A stretch of DNA of 64,000 bases from Comamonadaceae bacterium (GTDB lineage: Bacteria; Pseudomonadota; Gammaproteobacteria; Burkholderiales; Burkholderiaceae_C), in assembly GCA_947453965.1 (NCBI GenBank), contig CANGIQ010000001.1, positions 52,060 through 116,059 on the forward strand, read 5' to 3'. The notes beneath the pieces were generated by a model that did no database searches, was not told the DNA's origin, and was given only the letters and a program-made list of their open reading frames with translations. The position numbers were made by a program, and so were the translations under genes. This document shows, piece after piece, positions 34,898 through 43,551 of this stretch. Each line of letters starts with the position of its first letter. Within the stretch, counting starts at the first letter, position 1.

Positions 34898-35364
34898 GCC
34901 CGACCACATTCACCTTGGCATTCGACGCTTTTGGCAAACTGGTGCTGACATTGGCAGACGGCACCCAGCATGTAGGCGCTGTCGCCGTGCGCGCTTTTCC
35001 GATTGCGGCGCCTCAGCAAAGCATTTCGATCTTGAGTGCCGAAGGCAAAGAGTTAATGTGGATCGAGTCGCTCGATACCCTGCCCGACAACGAGCGCCAG
35101 CACGTGCTGCAAGCCTTGCAGGGGCGTGAGTTCATGCCCGAGATTTTGCGTTTGGACGGTGTGAACAGCTTCTCCACGCCCAGCGTGTGGCGGGTGCAAA
35201 CCAGCCGCGGGGCGACCGAGTTCGTGCTCAAAGGGGAAGAAGACATTCGCCGCCTCAGCCCCACGACCTTGATCGTGGCCGATGCGCACGGCGTGCAGTT
35301 CCTGATTCGTGATTTGCCTGCGCTGGACCGCCACACCCGCAAGCTGCTCGATCGTTTCTTGTAA
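34894..35364 (+). CDS. DUF1854-like small protein, translationally coupled to the ABC exporter
   Basis: 156 aa. Its ATG overlaps the exporter's TGA (ATGA at 34894-34897). The family assignment is from memory of the cyanophycin-associated DUF1854 annotation and is not verified. Confidence 0.6.
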   Translation: MSPTTFTLAFDAFGKLVLTLADGTQHVGAVAVRAFPIAAPQQSISILSAEGKELMWIESLDTLPDNERQHVLQALQGREFMPEILRLDGVNSFSTPSVWRVQTSRGATEFVLKGEEDIRRLSPTTLIVADAHGVQFLIRDLPALDRHTRKLLDRFL

Positions 35365-35418
35365 ACAAACCGAAGACCCAGCACGGACTTGCCATGCAAT
35401 GTCCTACGGTGCAGGGTC

Positions 35419-37074
35419 TTATCGCGTTTGGCAGGCTTTGAATAAATCGCGCTCGGCTTGGTAGACGCGGGTTTGCACGGCCATCAAGCCCAAAATGGAA
35501 TGGAACAAATGGTCGTGCGACAAGGCGCGATCACGCGACTTGTTCAAGCATGAGGTGGCGACGCCACTCAAGCGCTCAAAGCTGGGCGAGAACCAGGTGA
35601 TCAGTGGCACGGTTTTTTGCTCGGCCGGGGCCATGCTGTAGGGCAGTCCGTGCAAGTACAGATTGTTCTCCCCCAAAGACTCGCCATGGTCTGACACATA
35701 GAACATCGCCGTGCTTGCGGTTTTGTCTTGGGCTTTGAGCCATCCAATCACACGCGTTAAAAAATGGTCGGTGAACACAATCGTGTTGTCGTAGGCGTTG
35801 ACCACTTGTGCGCGTTCGCATTGCGAGAGGGAGTTGTCGGTGCACTCGGGCAGAAATTTTTTAAACGCCGCTGGGACGCGCTTGAAATAAGCCGGGCCGT
35901 GGCTGCCCATGGTGTGCATGACCACCACGGTGCCGCGGGCGCGGCGCTCGGCGGGCAGCTTGGCCAAGGCGGTGTCGATTTGGGTCAGCATCACTGTGTC
36001 GCGGCATTCCCCACCTTCGCATTGGTCGGGAATTTTCAACTCGGAGGTGTTCAGGTTGGGGATGCGATCACACTGGTCTTTGCAGCCCGATTGGTTGTCG
36101 ATCCACAGCACGGCGTAGCCAGCACGCTGCAACACGTCGAGCAAATTTTCAGAATCGTTTTTGCGTTGCGCATACCCTTCGCGTCCCAGATGCGAAAACA
36201 TACAGGGCACCGACTCGGCGGTGCTGGTGCCGCACGAGCTCACGTTGCGAAAGCTCACCACGTTTTCTTTGGCGAGTTCGGGGTTGGTCACACGTGCGTA
36301 CCCGTTGAGCGAAAAGCTGCTGCTGCGTGCGGTTTCACCCAGCACCAACACCAACAAAGGCGGGCGCTGCGCTGCGCCTTCGCGCGGTGTGATGTGCGCG
36401 TCCTCACCCAAGGGCTGCAAGGGGCCGCTGGGTTTGTCCGAAGGAATCACCTTCAAGTCGAGCAGGGCATACACGCTGTTGAGTGGGTTGATCTGGTAGC
36501 GCAGCTGGGTGTGGTTGCGCATCAACGAGGCAAAGTCTTGGAACACCAGCTGGGTGGTGCCCAAGGTGAGCAAGAGGCTGGCGATGAACAGCCCCACATT
36601 GCGAAACACCTGTTGACCGAGCGATAAGGCCAACCAAGGTTGGCGCCAGACCCACACACTGGGCAGCACGCCCAGCAGCAGCACGCTCAGGCCTAAGCGC
36701 CAAGTGATTTGATCGCTTGCTTCACGGGTGTCGGTTTGCAACACATTGATGACCATAGGGGTGTCGACCACGATGCCGTAGGTCAGCATGTAATGGGTGG
36801 CAAACGCGCTCAACAGCAGCAGCAAGGTGAGGGCAGGCTTGAGTGTCCAATGCCAGGCCAGCCATGCCATCAAGGCGGCCAAGGTACTGGCGATCATCAC
36901 GCCAAACGCCACCCCAAACGCCACCCCACGCCAACCCGTGTTGTCGGGCAGGGCCATCAAGGTTTGCCACAGCGAGAGGTTGCCTACGCTGGCCATCCAC
37001 AAACTGGCAAGCACGATCAAGGTCACGGCCGAACGCGGTGTGCGCACAGGTCGGTCTAAAAACATGGTTCGCAT
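35419..37074 (-). CDS. eptA: phosphoethanolamine transferase (EptA/PmrC/MCR-like)
   Basis: 551 aa from the ATG at 37074. Five N-terminal TM helices, then a sulfatase-type domain with LGETARS and HTMGSHGPAYFKRVP. The specific substrate (lipid A versus another acceptor) is not determinable. Confidence 0.8.
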   Translation of the reverse strand: MRTMFLDRPVRTPRSAVTLIVLASLWMASVGNLSLWQTLMALPDNTGWRGVAFGVAFGVMIASTLAALMAWLAWHWTLKPALTLLLLLSAFATHYMLTYGIVVDTPMVINVLQTDTREASDQITWRLGLSVLLLGVLPSVWVWRQPWLALSLGQQVFRNVGLFIASLLLTLGTTQLVFQDFASLMRNHTQLRYQINPLNSVYALLDLKVIPSDKPSGPLQPLGEDAHITPREGAAQRPPLLVLVLGETARSSSFSLNGYARVTNPELAKENVVSFRNVSSCGTSTAESVPCMFSHLGREGYAQRKNDSENLLDVLQRAGYAVLWIDNQSGCKDQCDRIPNLNTSELKIPDQCEGGECRDTVMLTQIDTALAKLPAERRARGTVVVMHTMGSHGPAYFKRVPAAFKKFLPECTDNSLSQCERAQVVNAYDNTIVFTDHFLTRVIGWLKAQDKTASTAMFYVSDHGESLGENNLYLHGLPYSMAPAEQKTVPLITWFSPSFERLSGVATSCLNKSRDRALSHDHLFHSILGLMAVQTRVYQAERDLFKACQTR

Positions 37075-37106
37075 GGTGGTGTGTTGGGCGGGCGTGATGG
37101 GGTTGA

Positions 37107-38471
37107 TCAGGCCGGCCAGGTGCTGCCATGCTCTGGCACCACGGCACGCCAACCCAGGGTGTGCTCAATCTTTTGGCGCAGCGTGTCCGAGGCCTCGGGT
37201 TCACCATGCACCACATAAACCTGGCTTGGCACTTCTTTCATCTGCTGCAACCAGGCGATCAATTGCTGGCCATCGGCATGGGCCGAGGACGATTGCAATT
37301 GCACCACTTCGGCTTGCACTTGTACTTCTTGGCTGTGGATGCGCACCAGGCTACCGCCGTTGGCCAAGGTGGCTCCGCGCGTGCCCGGTGCTTGGTAGCC
37401 AGTGAGGATGACCATGTTGCGGTGATCGGGCAGGTAATGCGCCAAGTGGTGCAGCACACGTCCGCCCGTGGCCATGCCGCTGGCGGCCAAGATCACCATC
37501 GGGCCGTGGCGCTTGGCCAGGGCCTTGGATTGTTCGGGTGTTTCGACCATCGTGGCCACATGCTTCAAGGCTTGCAGATCGGAGCTGCTGAGTTGGTGGG
37601 CATCGGGATGCCGGTGGTAGAGCTCGGTGGTGTGCACAGCCATGGGGCTGTCCAAAAAGATCGGCAAGCTGTGCGGAATTTCGCCCCGCGCTTTGAGCTG
37701 CGAGATGGCGTAGAGCAAAGCCTGGGCACGACCGACGGCAAACACGGGCACCACGGCCACACCACCGCGTGCGGCCACGCGCTTCAAGGCCGGCGCGAGT
37801 TCTGCCAACACGTTCTCTTGTGGGTGTTCGCGGTTGCCATAGGTGGACTCGATCAACACTGTGTCCGCTTCAGGCGGTGGTGCGGGGGGCTTCATCAGCA
37901 AATCGTCGGGACGACCCAAATCGCCGCTGAACAAGATGCGTCGCCCGGCCACTTCCAGCAACACACTGGCCGCGCCCAAGATGTGGCCGGCAGATGACAA
38001 GGTGGCTTTCCAACCGGGGATGGGGGAGAAGGTTTTACCCAAGCCCTCGGGGTGCAACAAATCCAAACTCACCAAAGCATCGTGCTTGCCGTACAAGGGC
38101 ATGGCGGGTGTGTGTTTGGAGTACCCATGGCGGTTTAAGAATGCCGCATCTTCTTCTTGGATGTGGCCACTGTCGGGCAGCAAGATGGCGCACAAATCAC
38201 AGGTGGCGGCGGTGGCATGCACGCGGCCCCGAAAGCCTTGGCGGTACATCAAGGGCAGGTAGCCGCTGTGGTCCAAGTGGGCATGGGTGAGGATGACGGC
38301 ATCCACATCGGCGGCGTTGATGGGCATGGGGTTCCAGTTGCGCAAGCGCAGCTGCTTGTAGCCCTGAAACAAGCCGCAATCGACCAGCAATTGCTTGCCG
38401 TCATGCTGTACCAAATACTTGGAACCGGTGACTGTCCCTGTTCCGCCGAGAAAAGTGATGTTGACGCTCAT
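37107..38471 (-). CDS. MBL-fold beta-CASP metallo-hydrolase (RNA-metabolising type)
   Basis: 454 aa from the ATG at 38471. ITFLGGTGTVTGSKYLV, HAHLDHSG, and the C-terminal SAHAD motif typical of beta-CASP. Confidence 0.8.
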   Translation of the reverse strand: MSVNITFLGGTGTVTGSKYLVQHDGKQLLVDCGLFQGYKQLRLRNWNPMPINAADVDAVILTHAHLDHSGYLPLMYRQGFRGRVHATAATCDLCAILLPDSGHIQEEDAAFLNRHGYSKHTPAMPLYGKHDALVSLDLLHPEGLGKTFSPIPGWKATLSSAGHILGAASVLLEVAGRRILFSGDLGRPDDLLMKPPAPPPEADTVLIESTYGNREHPQENVLAELAPALKRVAARGGVAVVPVFAVGRAQALLYAISQLKARGEIPHSLPIFLDSPMAVHTTELYHRHPDAHQLSSSDLQALKHVATMVETPEQSKALAKRHGPMVILAASGMATGGRVLHHLAHYLPDHRNMVILTGYQAPGTRGATLANGGSLVRIHSQEVQVQAEVVQLQSSSAHADGQQLIAWLQQMKEVPSQVYVVHGEPEASDTLRQKIEHTLGWRAVVPEHGSTWPA

Positions 38472-38541
38472 GTGCGAAGTATCCCCTTGTTTCGGGGTGA
38501 TACATCGCGCATGGGTTTGCGACGCGTCAAACAGTCTGGAA

Positions 38542-39672
38542 TCAGCTGAAGAAGCGCTTGAGCTTGTCGGCCCAGCCGCCTTCGGCGGGCGAGTGCTTGG
38601 CGCCACCTTTTTTCAGGGATTCGTCCAACTCTTTGAGCAGCTTGCGCTGGTGCTCGGTGAGTTTGACCGGGGTTTCGACTGAAATGTGGCAGTACAGGTC
38701 GCCAGGGAAGCTCGAACGCAAGCCCTTCAAGCCTTTGCCACGCAAGCGGAACTGCTTGTCGTTTTGCGTGCCTTCGGGAATGTCAATCGCCGCTTCGCCT
38801 GCCAATGTGGGCACACGAATTTCGCCGCCCAAGGCCGCCGTGGTGATGCTGATGGGCACCGAACAATGCAAGTCATCGCCATCGCGCTCAAAGATGTCGT
38901 GCTTCTTGATGCGAATTTCGATGAACAGGTCGCCAGGGGGCCCGCCGTTGGTGCCAGGTTCGCCGTTGCCGGTGCTGCGAATGCGCATGCCATCGTCGAT
39001 ACCGGCCGGGATTTTGACTTCCAGGGTTTTTTGCTTTTTGATCTTGCCTTGGCCATGGCAGCTGGTGCAAGGGTCGGGAATGATCTTGCCCGAGCCGCGG
39101 CAATGCGGGCAGGTTTGCTGCACGCTGAAAAAGCCCTGGCGCATTTGCACTTGGCCACTGCCGTGGCAGGTGGTACAGGTCTTGGCCGAGGTGCCGGGTT
39201 TGGCGCCCGAGCCGTGGCAGGTGTCGCACTCGTCCCAGCCAGGAATGCGCAACTCGGCGTCTTTGCCGTTGGCCGCTTCTTCCAGCGTGATTTCCATGGC
39301 GTAGCTCAAGTCATTGCCACGGTAGACCTGGCGGCCCCCTGCGCCACGGCGGGCTTGGCCAAAGATGTCACCAAAAATATCGCCAAACGCTTCGCCAAAA
39401 CCTGCACCGCCAAAGCCACCAGGGCCTCCGCGCATATTGGGGTCCACACCCGCATGGCCGTACTGATCGTAGGCGGCGCGTTTTTCAGTGTCCGACAACA
39501 TTTCGTAGGCTTCTTTGACTTCTTTGAACTGCGCCTCGGCTTCCTTGGCTTTGTCGCCTTGGTTGCGGTCGGGGTGGTACTTCATCGCGAGTTTGCGATA
39601 AGCCTTTTTGATCTCGTCCTCGCTCGCGCCTTTGGAGAGGCCGAGAACTTCATAAAAATCGCGTTTGGACAT
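38542..39672 (-). CDS. dnaJ: molecular chaperone DnaJ
   Basis: 376 aa. J-domain with HPD, a G/F region, and four CxxCxGxG repeats. Confidence 0.97.
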   Translation of the reverse strand: MSKRDFYEVLGLSKGASEDEIKKAYRKLAMKYHPDRNQGDKAKEAEAQFKEVKEAYEMLSDTEKRAAYDQYGHAGVDPNMRGGPGGFGGAGFGEAFGDIFGDIFGQARRGAGGRQVYRGNDLSYAMEITLEEAANGKDAELRIPGWDECDTCHGSGAKPGTSAKTCTTCHGSGQVQMRQGFFSVQQTCPHCRGSGKIIPDPCTSCHGQGKIKKQKTLEVKIPAGIDDGMRIRSTGNGEPGTNGGPPGDLFIEIRIKKHDIFERDGDDLHCSVPISITTAALGGEIRVPTLAGEAAIDIPEGTQNDKQFRLRGKGLKGLRSSFPGDLYCHISVETPVKLTEHQRKLLKELDESLKKGGAKHSPAEGGWADKLKRFFS

Positions 39673-39713
39673 GGTGTGGGCAGGGCCGTGTTTTGTGGGG
39701 CTTGATCAAGACT

Positions 39714-39750
39714 TCGCCGCGTGTTCACCTTTTCAGGCGAAACGCGGCGA
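39714..39750 (-). other. stem-loop in the dnaK-dnaJ intercistronic region
   Basis: TCGCCGCGT-N19-ACGCGGCGA (9-bp stem) with no T-run. Possibly a processing, stability or attenuation element. Confidence 0.4.
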
Positions 39751-39777
39751 GGTCGTCTCAGAAGATTGGAAAAGGGT

Positions 39778-41700
39778 TTAGCCTTTTTTAACTTCTTTCA
39801 CTTCAGCGTCGACCACGTTGTCGTCGGCGGGTTTGGCTTCGGCGTGAGGGGCTGCACCACCAGCAGCTTGTGCCGCTTGCATGTCAGCATAGACTTTTTC
39901 GCCCAGCTTTTGCGAGGCTGTCATCAAGGCTTCGGTCTTGGCATCGATGGCGGCTTTGTCTTCGCCCTTCAAGGCTTCTTCCACTTCCTTGATGGCCGCT
40001 TCGATGGCTTCTTTTTCGCCAGCGTCGAGCTTGTCGCCGTGCTCGCCCAGGCTCTTCTTCACGCTGTGCACAGCGGCGTCGGCTTGGTTGCGCGATTGCA
40101 CGATTTCCAATTTCTTCTTGTCTTCGGCGGCATTCAACTCGGCGTCTTTCACCATTTGTTGAATTTCGTCCTCGCTCAAGCCTGAGTTGGCCTTGATCGT
40201 GATCTTGTTTTCTTTGCCCGTGGCTTTGTCCTTGGCGCCCACGTGCAAGATGCCGTTGGCGTCAATGTCAAACGACACTTCAATTTGTGGCGTACCACGT
40301 GCCGCAGGTGCAATGCCTTCGAGGTTGAACTCACCCAAGCTCTTGTTGCCAGAAGCCATTTCACGCTCGCCTTGGTAGACCTTGATGGTCACGGCAGGTT
40401 GGTTGTCTTCCGCAGTCGAGAAGGTTTGTGCAAACTTGGTTGGGATGGTCGTGTTCTTGGCGATCATCTTGGTCATCACGCCGCCCAGGGTTTCGATGCC
40501 CAAAGACAACGGTGTCACGTCGAGCAACAACACGTCGGTGCGGTCGCCAGACAACACTTGGCCTTGAATCGCAGCGCCCACGGCCACGGCTTCGTCAGGG
40601 TTGACGTCACGACGTGGCTCTTTGCCGAAGAATTCTTTGACCTTGTCTTGCACCTTGGGCATGCGGCTCATACCACCGACCAAGATCACGTCGTCAATGT
40701 CGCCCACCGACACGCCAGCATCTTTGATGGCGGTGCGGCAAGGGGCGATGGTGCGCTCGATCAGCTCGTCCACCAGTTGTTCCAACTTGGCACGGTTGAG
40801 CTTGATGTTCAAGTGCTTAGGACCTGTGGCGTCCGCCGTGATGTAAGGCAAGTTGATGTCGGTCGCAGCAGACGACGACAACTCGATCTTCGCTTTCTCA
40901 GCGGCTTCTTTGAGGCGTTGCAAGGCCAACACGTCTTTGGACAAATCAACGCCAGATTCTTTCTTGAACTCGGCAATGATGAAGTCGATGATGCGTTGGT
41001 CGAAGTCTTCGCCGCCCAAGAAGGTGTCGCCGTTGGTGGACAACACTTCGAATTGCTTCTCGCCATCGACGTCGGCGATTTCGATGATCGACACGTCAAA
41101 CGTGCCGCCACCCAAGTCGTACACGGCAATCTTGCGGTCGCCTTTTTCGGTTTTGTCCAAACCAAACGCCAACGCTGCCGCAGTGGGTTCGTTGATGATG
41201 CGCTTGACGTCCAAGCCTGCGATGCGGCCTGCATCTTTGGTGGCTTGACGTTGCGCATCGTTGAAGTAAGCAGGCACCGTGATGACGGCTTCAGTCACTT
41301 CTTCGCCGAGGTAGTCTTCGGCGGTTTTCTTCATCTTGCGCAGAATTTCAGCGCTGATTTGAGGAGGAGCCAACTTGTTGCCACGCACTTCCACCCATGC
41401 GTCGCCGTTGTCGGCTTTGGCAATGGTGTAGGGCATCAAGTCGATGTCTTTTTGAACTTCTTTTTCGCTGAACTTGCGGCCGATCAAACGCTTGACCGCG
41501 TACAAGGTGTTGCGTGGGTTGGTCACCGCTTGGCGCTTGGCCGATGCGCCGACCAAGATTTCACCGTCTTCTTGGTACGCAATGATGGACGGGGTGGTGC
41601 GCGCGCCCTCGGCGTTCTCGATCACCTTGGTGGTGTTGCCTTCCATGATGGCCACGCACGAGTTGGTGGTGCCCAAGTCAATACCGATGATTTTTCCCAT
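39778..41700 (-). CDS. dnaK: molecular chaperone DnaK (Hsp70)
   Basis: 640 aa. [17 protein letters not shown]..., full-length Hsp70. Confidence 0.98.
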   Translation of the reverse strand: MGKIIGIDLGTTNSCVAIMEGNTTKVIENAEGARTTPSIIAYQEDGEILVGASAKRQAVTNPRNTLYAVKRLIGRKFSEKEVQKDIDLMPYTIAKADNGDAWVEVRGNKLAPPQISAEILRKMKKTAEDYLGEEVTEAVITVPAYFNDAQRQATKDAGRIAGLDVKRIINEPTAAALAFGLDKTEKGDRKIAVYDLGGGTFDVSIIEIADVDGEKQFEVLSTNGDTFLGGEDFDQRIIDFIIAEFKKESGVDLSKDVLALQRLKEAAEKAKIELSSSAATDINLPYITADATGPKHLNIKLNRAKLEQLVDELIERTIAPCRTAIKDAGVSVGDIDDVILVGGMSRMPKVQDKVKEFFGKEPRRDVNPDEAVAVGAAIQGQVLSGDRTDVLLLDVTPLSLGIETLGGVMTKMIAKNTTIPTKFAQTFSTAEDNQPAVTIKVYQGEREMASGNKSLGEFNLEGIAPAARGTPQIEVSFDIDANGILHVGAKDKATGKENKITIKANSGLSEDEIQQMVKDAELNAAEDKKKLEIVQSRNQADAAVHSVKKSLGEHGDKLDAGEKEAIEAAIKEVEEALKGEDKAAIDAKTEALMTASQKLGEKVYADMQAAQAAGGAAPHAEAKPADDNVVDAEVKEVKKG

Positions 41701-41740
41701 GTTCTTACTCCAGTGATTTTTAAAAATTCAGATGAACGGT

Positions 41741-41768
41741 AGATGTGGATAACCCTGCCGTTTTCAAG
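41741..41768 (-). promoter_or_regulatory. sigma32-type heat-shock promoter of dnaK
   Basis: The minus strand reads CTTGAAA-N13-CCACATCT, compared with the E. coli consensus CTTGAAA-N13/14-CCCCATNT. It lies about 40 nt upstream of the dnaK ATG. Confidence 0.75.
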
Positions 41769-41785
41769 TGTTTGGTTTCAGGTGT

Positions 41786-42361
41786 TTATTTCGGTGCCGC
41801 CACGGTGACCAGGGCGGGGCGCAGCACGCGCTCAGCAATCAGGTAACCCTTTTGCAGTACGGCCACCACGGTGTTGGCCTCTTGATCGGCGGGCACCACG
41901 CTGATGGCTTGGTGTTGGGCGGGATCAAATTTGGCGCCTGCCGCAGGGTCAATGGCGATCACTTTGTTGCGCTCCAAGGCGCTTTTGAGCTGGCGCAGCG
42001 TGGCTTCCGCGCCTTCGCGGATTTGCTCGGGCGTAGCGGTTTGCACGGCGAGTCCAGCTTCCAAACTGTCGAGCACGGGCAACAGGCTGTCGGCAAAGCT
42101 CTCGAGCGCGAATTTGCGGGCTTTGGACACCTCGTCGTCGGCACGGCGACGCGCGTTTTGCACCTCGGCTTGGCCGCGCACATACTGGTCTTGCAACTCA
42201 GCCACTTTGGCTTGCAAGGCGGCTACTTCGGCTTGGGCTGCGGCCAAAGGGTCGAGTGGCGTGGCGGGCGCTTCGTTGGCCGCAGCAGGGGCGGTGTCTT
42301 GTGCTGCCATGTGGGCTGCCAAATGGGCGGCGGTGTCGGGTTGTGGTGTGGGATCTGACAT
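41786..42361 (-). CDS. grpE: nucleotide exchange factor GrpE
   Basis: 191 aa. A coiled-coil N-terminal half and the C-terminal VLQKGY..RVLRPA motif. Confidence 0.93.
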   Translation of the reverse strand: MSDPTPQPDTAAHLAAHMAAQDTAPAAANEAPATPLDPLAAAQAEVAALQAKVAELQDQYVRGQAEVQNARRRADDEVSKARKFALESFADSLLPVLDSLEAGLAVQTATPEQIREGAEATLRQLKSALERNKVIAIDPAAGAKFDPAQHQAISVVPADQEANTVVAVLQKGYLIAERVLRPALVTVAAPK

Positions 42362-42395
42362 GCTTGAAGAGGCTTGTTTGAAGGAGATTCAGCAA

Positions 42396-42424
42396 AGCTG
42401 GGGGCCGTTCACCCCTTTTTCAAG
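42396..42424 (-). promoter_or_regulatory. sigma32-type heat-shock promoter of grpE
   Basis: The minus strand reads CTTGAAA-N13-CCCCCAGCT, about 35 nt upstream of the grpE ATG. Confidence 0.65.
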
Positions 42425-42433
42425 AGGGGCTTT

Positions 42434-42464
42434 GCAAAAAAAGAAGCGGGGCGCAAGCCCCGCT
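42434..42464 (-). terminator. rho-independent terminator after the FKBP gene
   Basis: The minus strand reads GCGGGGC-ttgc-GCCCCGC followed by a T-rich run (CTTCTTTTTTT). Confidence 0.8.
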
Positions 42465-42509
42465 GGATCAGGCCGCCCGTGGCGACTGACCATGGCGATG
42501 TGCCGTGGC

Positions 42510-42860
42510 TTATTCGACGCCCAGCAACTCGACGTCGAACTTCAAGGTCGCGTTGGGGGGAATCACGCCGCCAGCGCCGCGTGCGCCATAGCCCAATTCG
42601 GGGGGAATGATCAGGGTGCGTTGGCCACCGATGTGCATGCCTTGCACGCCTTCGTCCCAGCCTTTGATGACCATGCCAGCGCCCAGGGGGAAGTCAAACG
42701 GATCGTTGCGATCGCGGCTGGAATCGAACTTGGCGCCTTGTTCGCCGTCTTTGTACAACCAGCCGGTGTAGTGCACGGTCACGTGTTGACCGGCAGCGGC
42801 GGTGGCGCCCTCACCCACGACGTGGTCGATGTATTGCAGGCCGGAAGGGGTGGTGTTCAT
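42510..42860 (-). CDS. FKBP-type peptidyl-prolyl cis-trans isomerase
   Basis: 116 aa from the ATG at 42860. [12 protein letters not shown]...[28 protein letters not shown]; a classic FKBP12-like sequence. Confidence 0.9.
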   Translation of the reverse strand: MNTTPSGLQYIDHVVGEGATAAAGQHVTVHYTGWLYKDGEQGAKFDSSRDRNDPFDFPLGAGMVIKGWDEGVQGMHIGGQRTLIIPPELGYGARGAGGVIPPNATLKFDVELLGVE

Positions 42861-42989
42861 GGTGGGGCTTTCTGTGAAGGTCTGAAGCACGGTCAGTGCG
42901 GCTTCAGCGAATGGGCGAAACCCAAAATTATGCCAGCAGCGCAGCAGCGCTTGGGGCCTCGGCCATGGCTGCGGCTGCCCGGTCCAGCC

Positions 42990-43541
42990 TCAAAGGTAAA
43001 TTTTTTGCAGCAAGTCCAGCAGCGTTTTGCGCTGCGCGGGCGTGAGGCGGGCAGTTTTTTCGAGCTCCAAGTCGGCAGCCGTCTGTTCGGCCTGCACCAT
43101 CAGCGCTTGCCCCTGAGGGGTGGGGTGCAGTCCCACCGCCCGGCCGTCGTGCGGATGGGGTTTGCGCTCAATCAGGCCCCGCGCTTCGAGGGACTGAATC
43201 AGGCCCACCAAGTTGGGCGGCAGCAAATTGAGCGTGGCACACAACTGGCGCGAGGTCACGCCTGGGTTGTGGCAAATGGTGGACATGACCGAAAAATCCA
43301 CCGGCTTGAGGCCATAGGGGGCCAGCCGCTCCAAAAACAACTCAATGATGCTCAGCGCCGCCCGACGTGCGTTGTAGCCCATCAGGGTTTGCAAATAGCT
43401 CGTGTCTACATGGTCCACCGCGGTGGTGTCTGAGGGCGCTGCCACTGCTTTGGCGCGTGAGCTGGGGTTTTGTGCGCGGGTTGCAGGCTTGCGCGTGCGC
43501 TTAGGTGCAGGGGGCGCTGTCACGGGGTGTGCTGATGGCAT
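42990..43541 (-). CDS. MarR-family transcriptional regulator
   Basis: 183 aa. Winged-helix core ...VMSTICHNPGVTSRQLCATLNL...LERKPHPHDGRAVGLHPTPQG. It has a basic, Pro/Ala-rich N-terminal extension of about 45 aa. It is the last gene of the catabolic operon. Confidence 0.85.
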   Translation of the reverse strand: MPSAHPVTAPPAPKRTRKPATRAQNPSSRAKAVAAPSDTTAVDHVDTSYLQTLMGYNARRAALSIIELFLERLAPYGLKPVDFSVMSTICHNPGVTSRQLCATLNLLPPNLVGLIQSLEARGLIERKPHPHDGRAVGLHPTPQGQALMVQAEQTAADLELEKTARLTPAQRKTLLDLLQKIYL

Positions 43542-43551
43542 GGGGCGGTGC

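Noticed and set aside
35373-35420. Imperfect long hairpin (AAGACCC...GGGTCTT with inner GCAC/GTGC and GGAC/GTCC stems) between the DUF1854 gene and eptA.
   Set aside because: It contains a 4-nt bulge and a mismatch, has no T-run on either strand, and overlaps the eptA stop codon. That is too weak to call a terminator.
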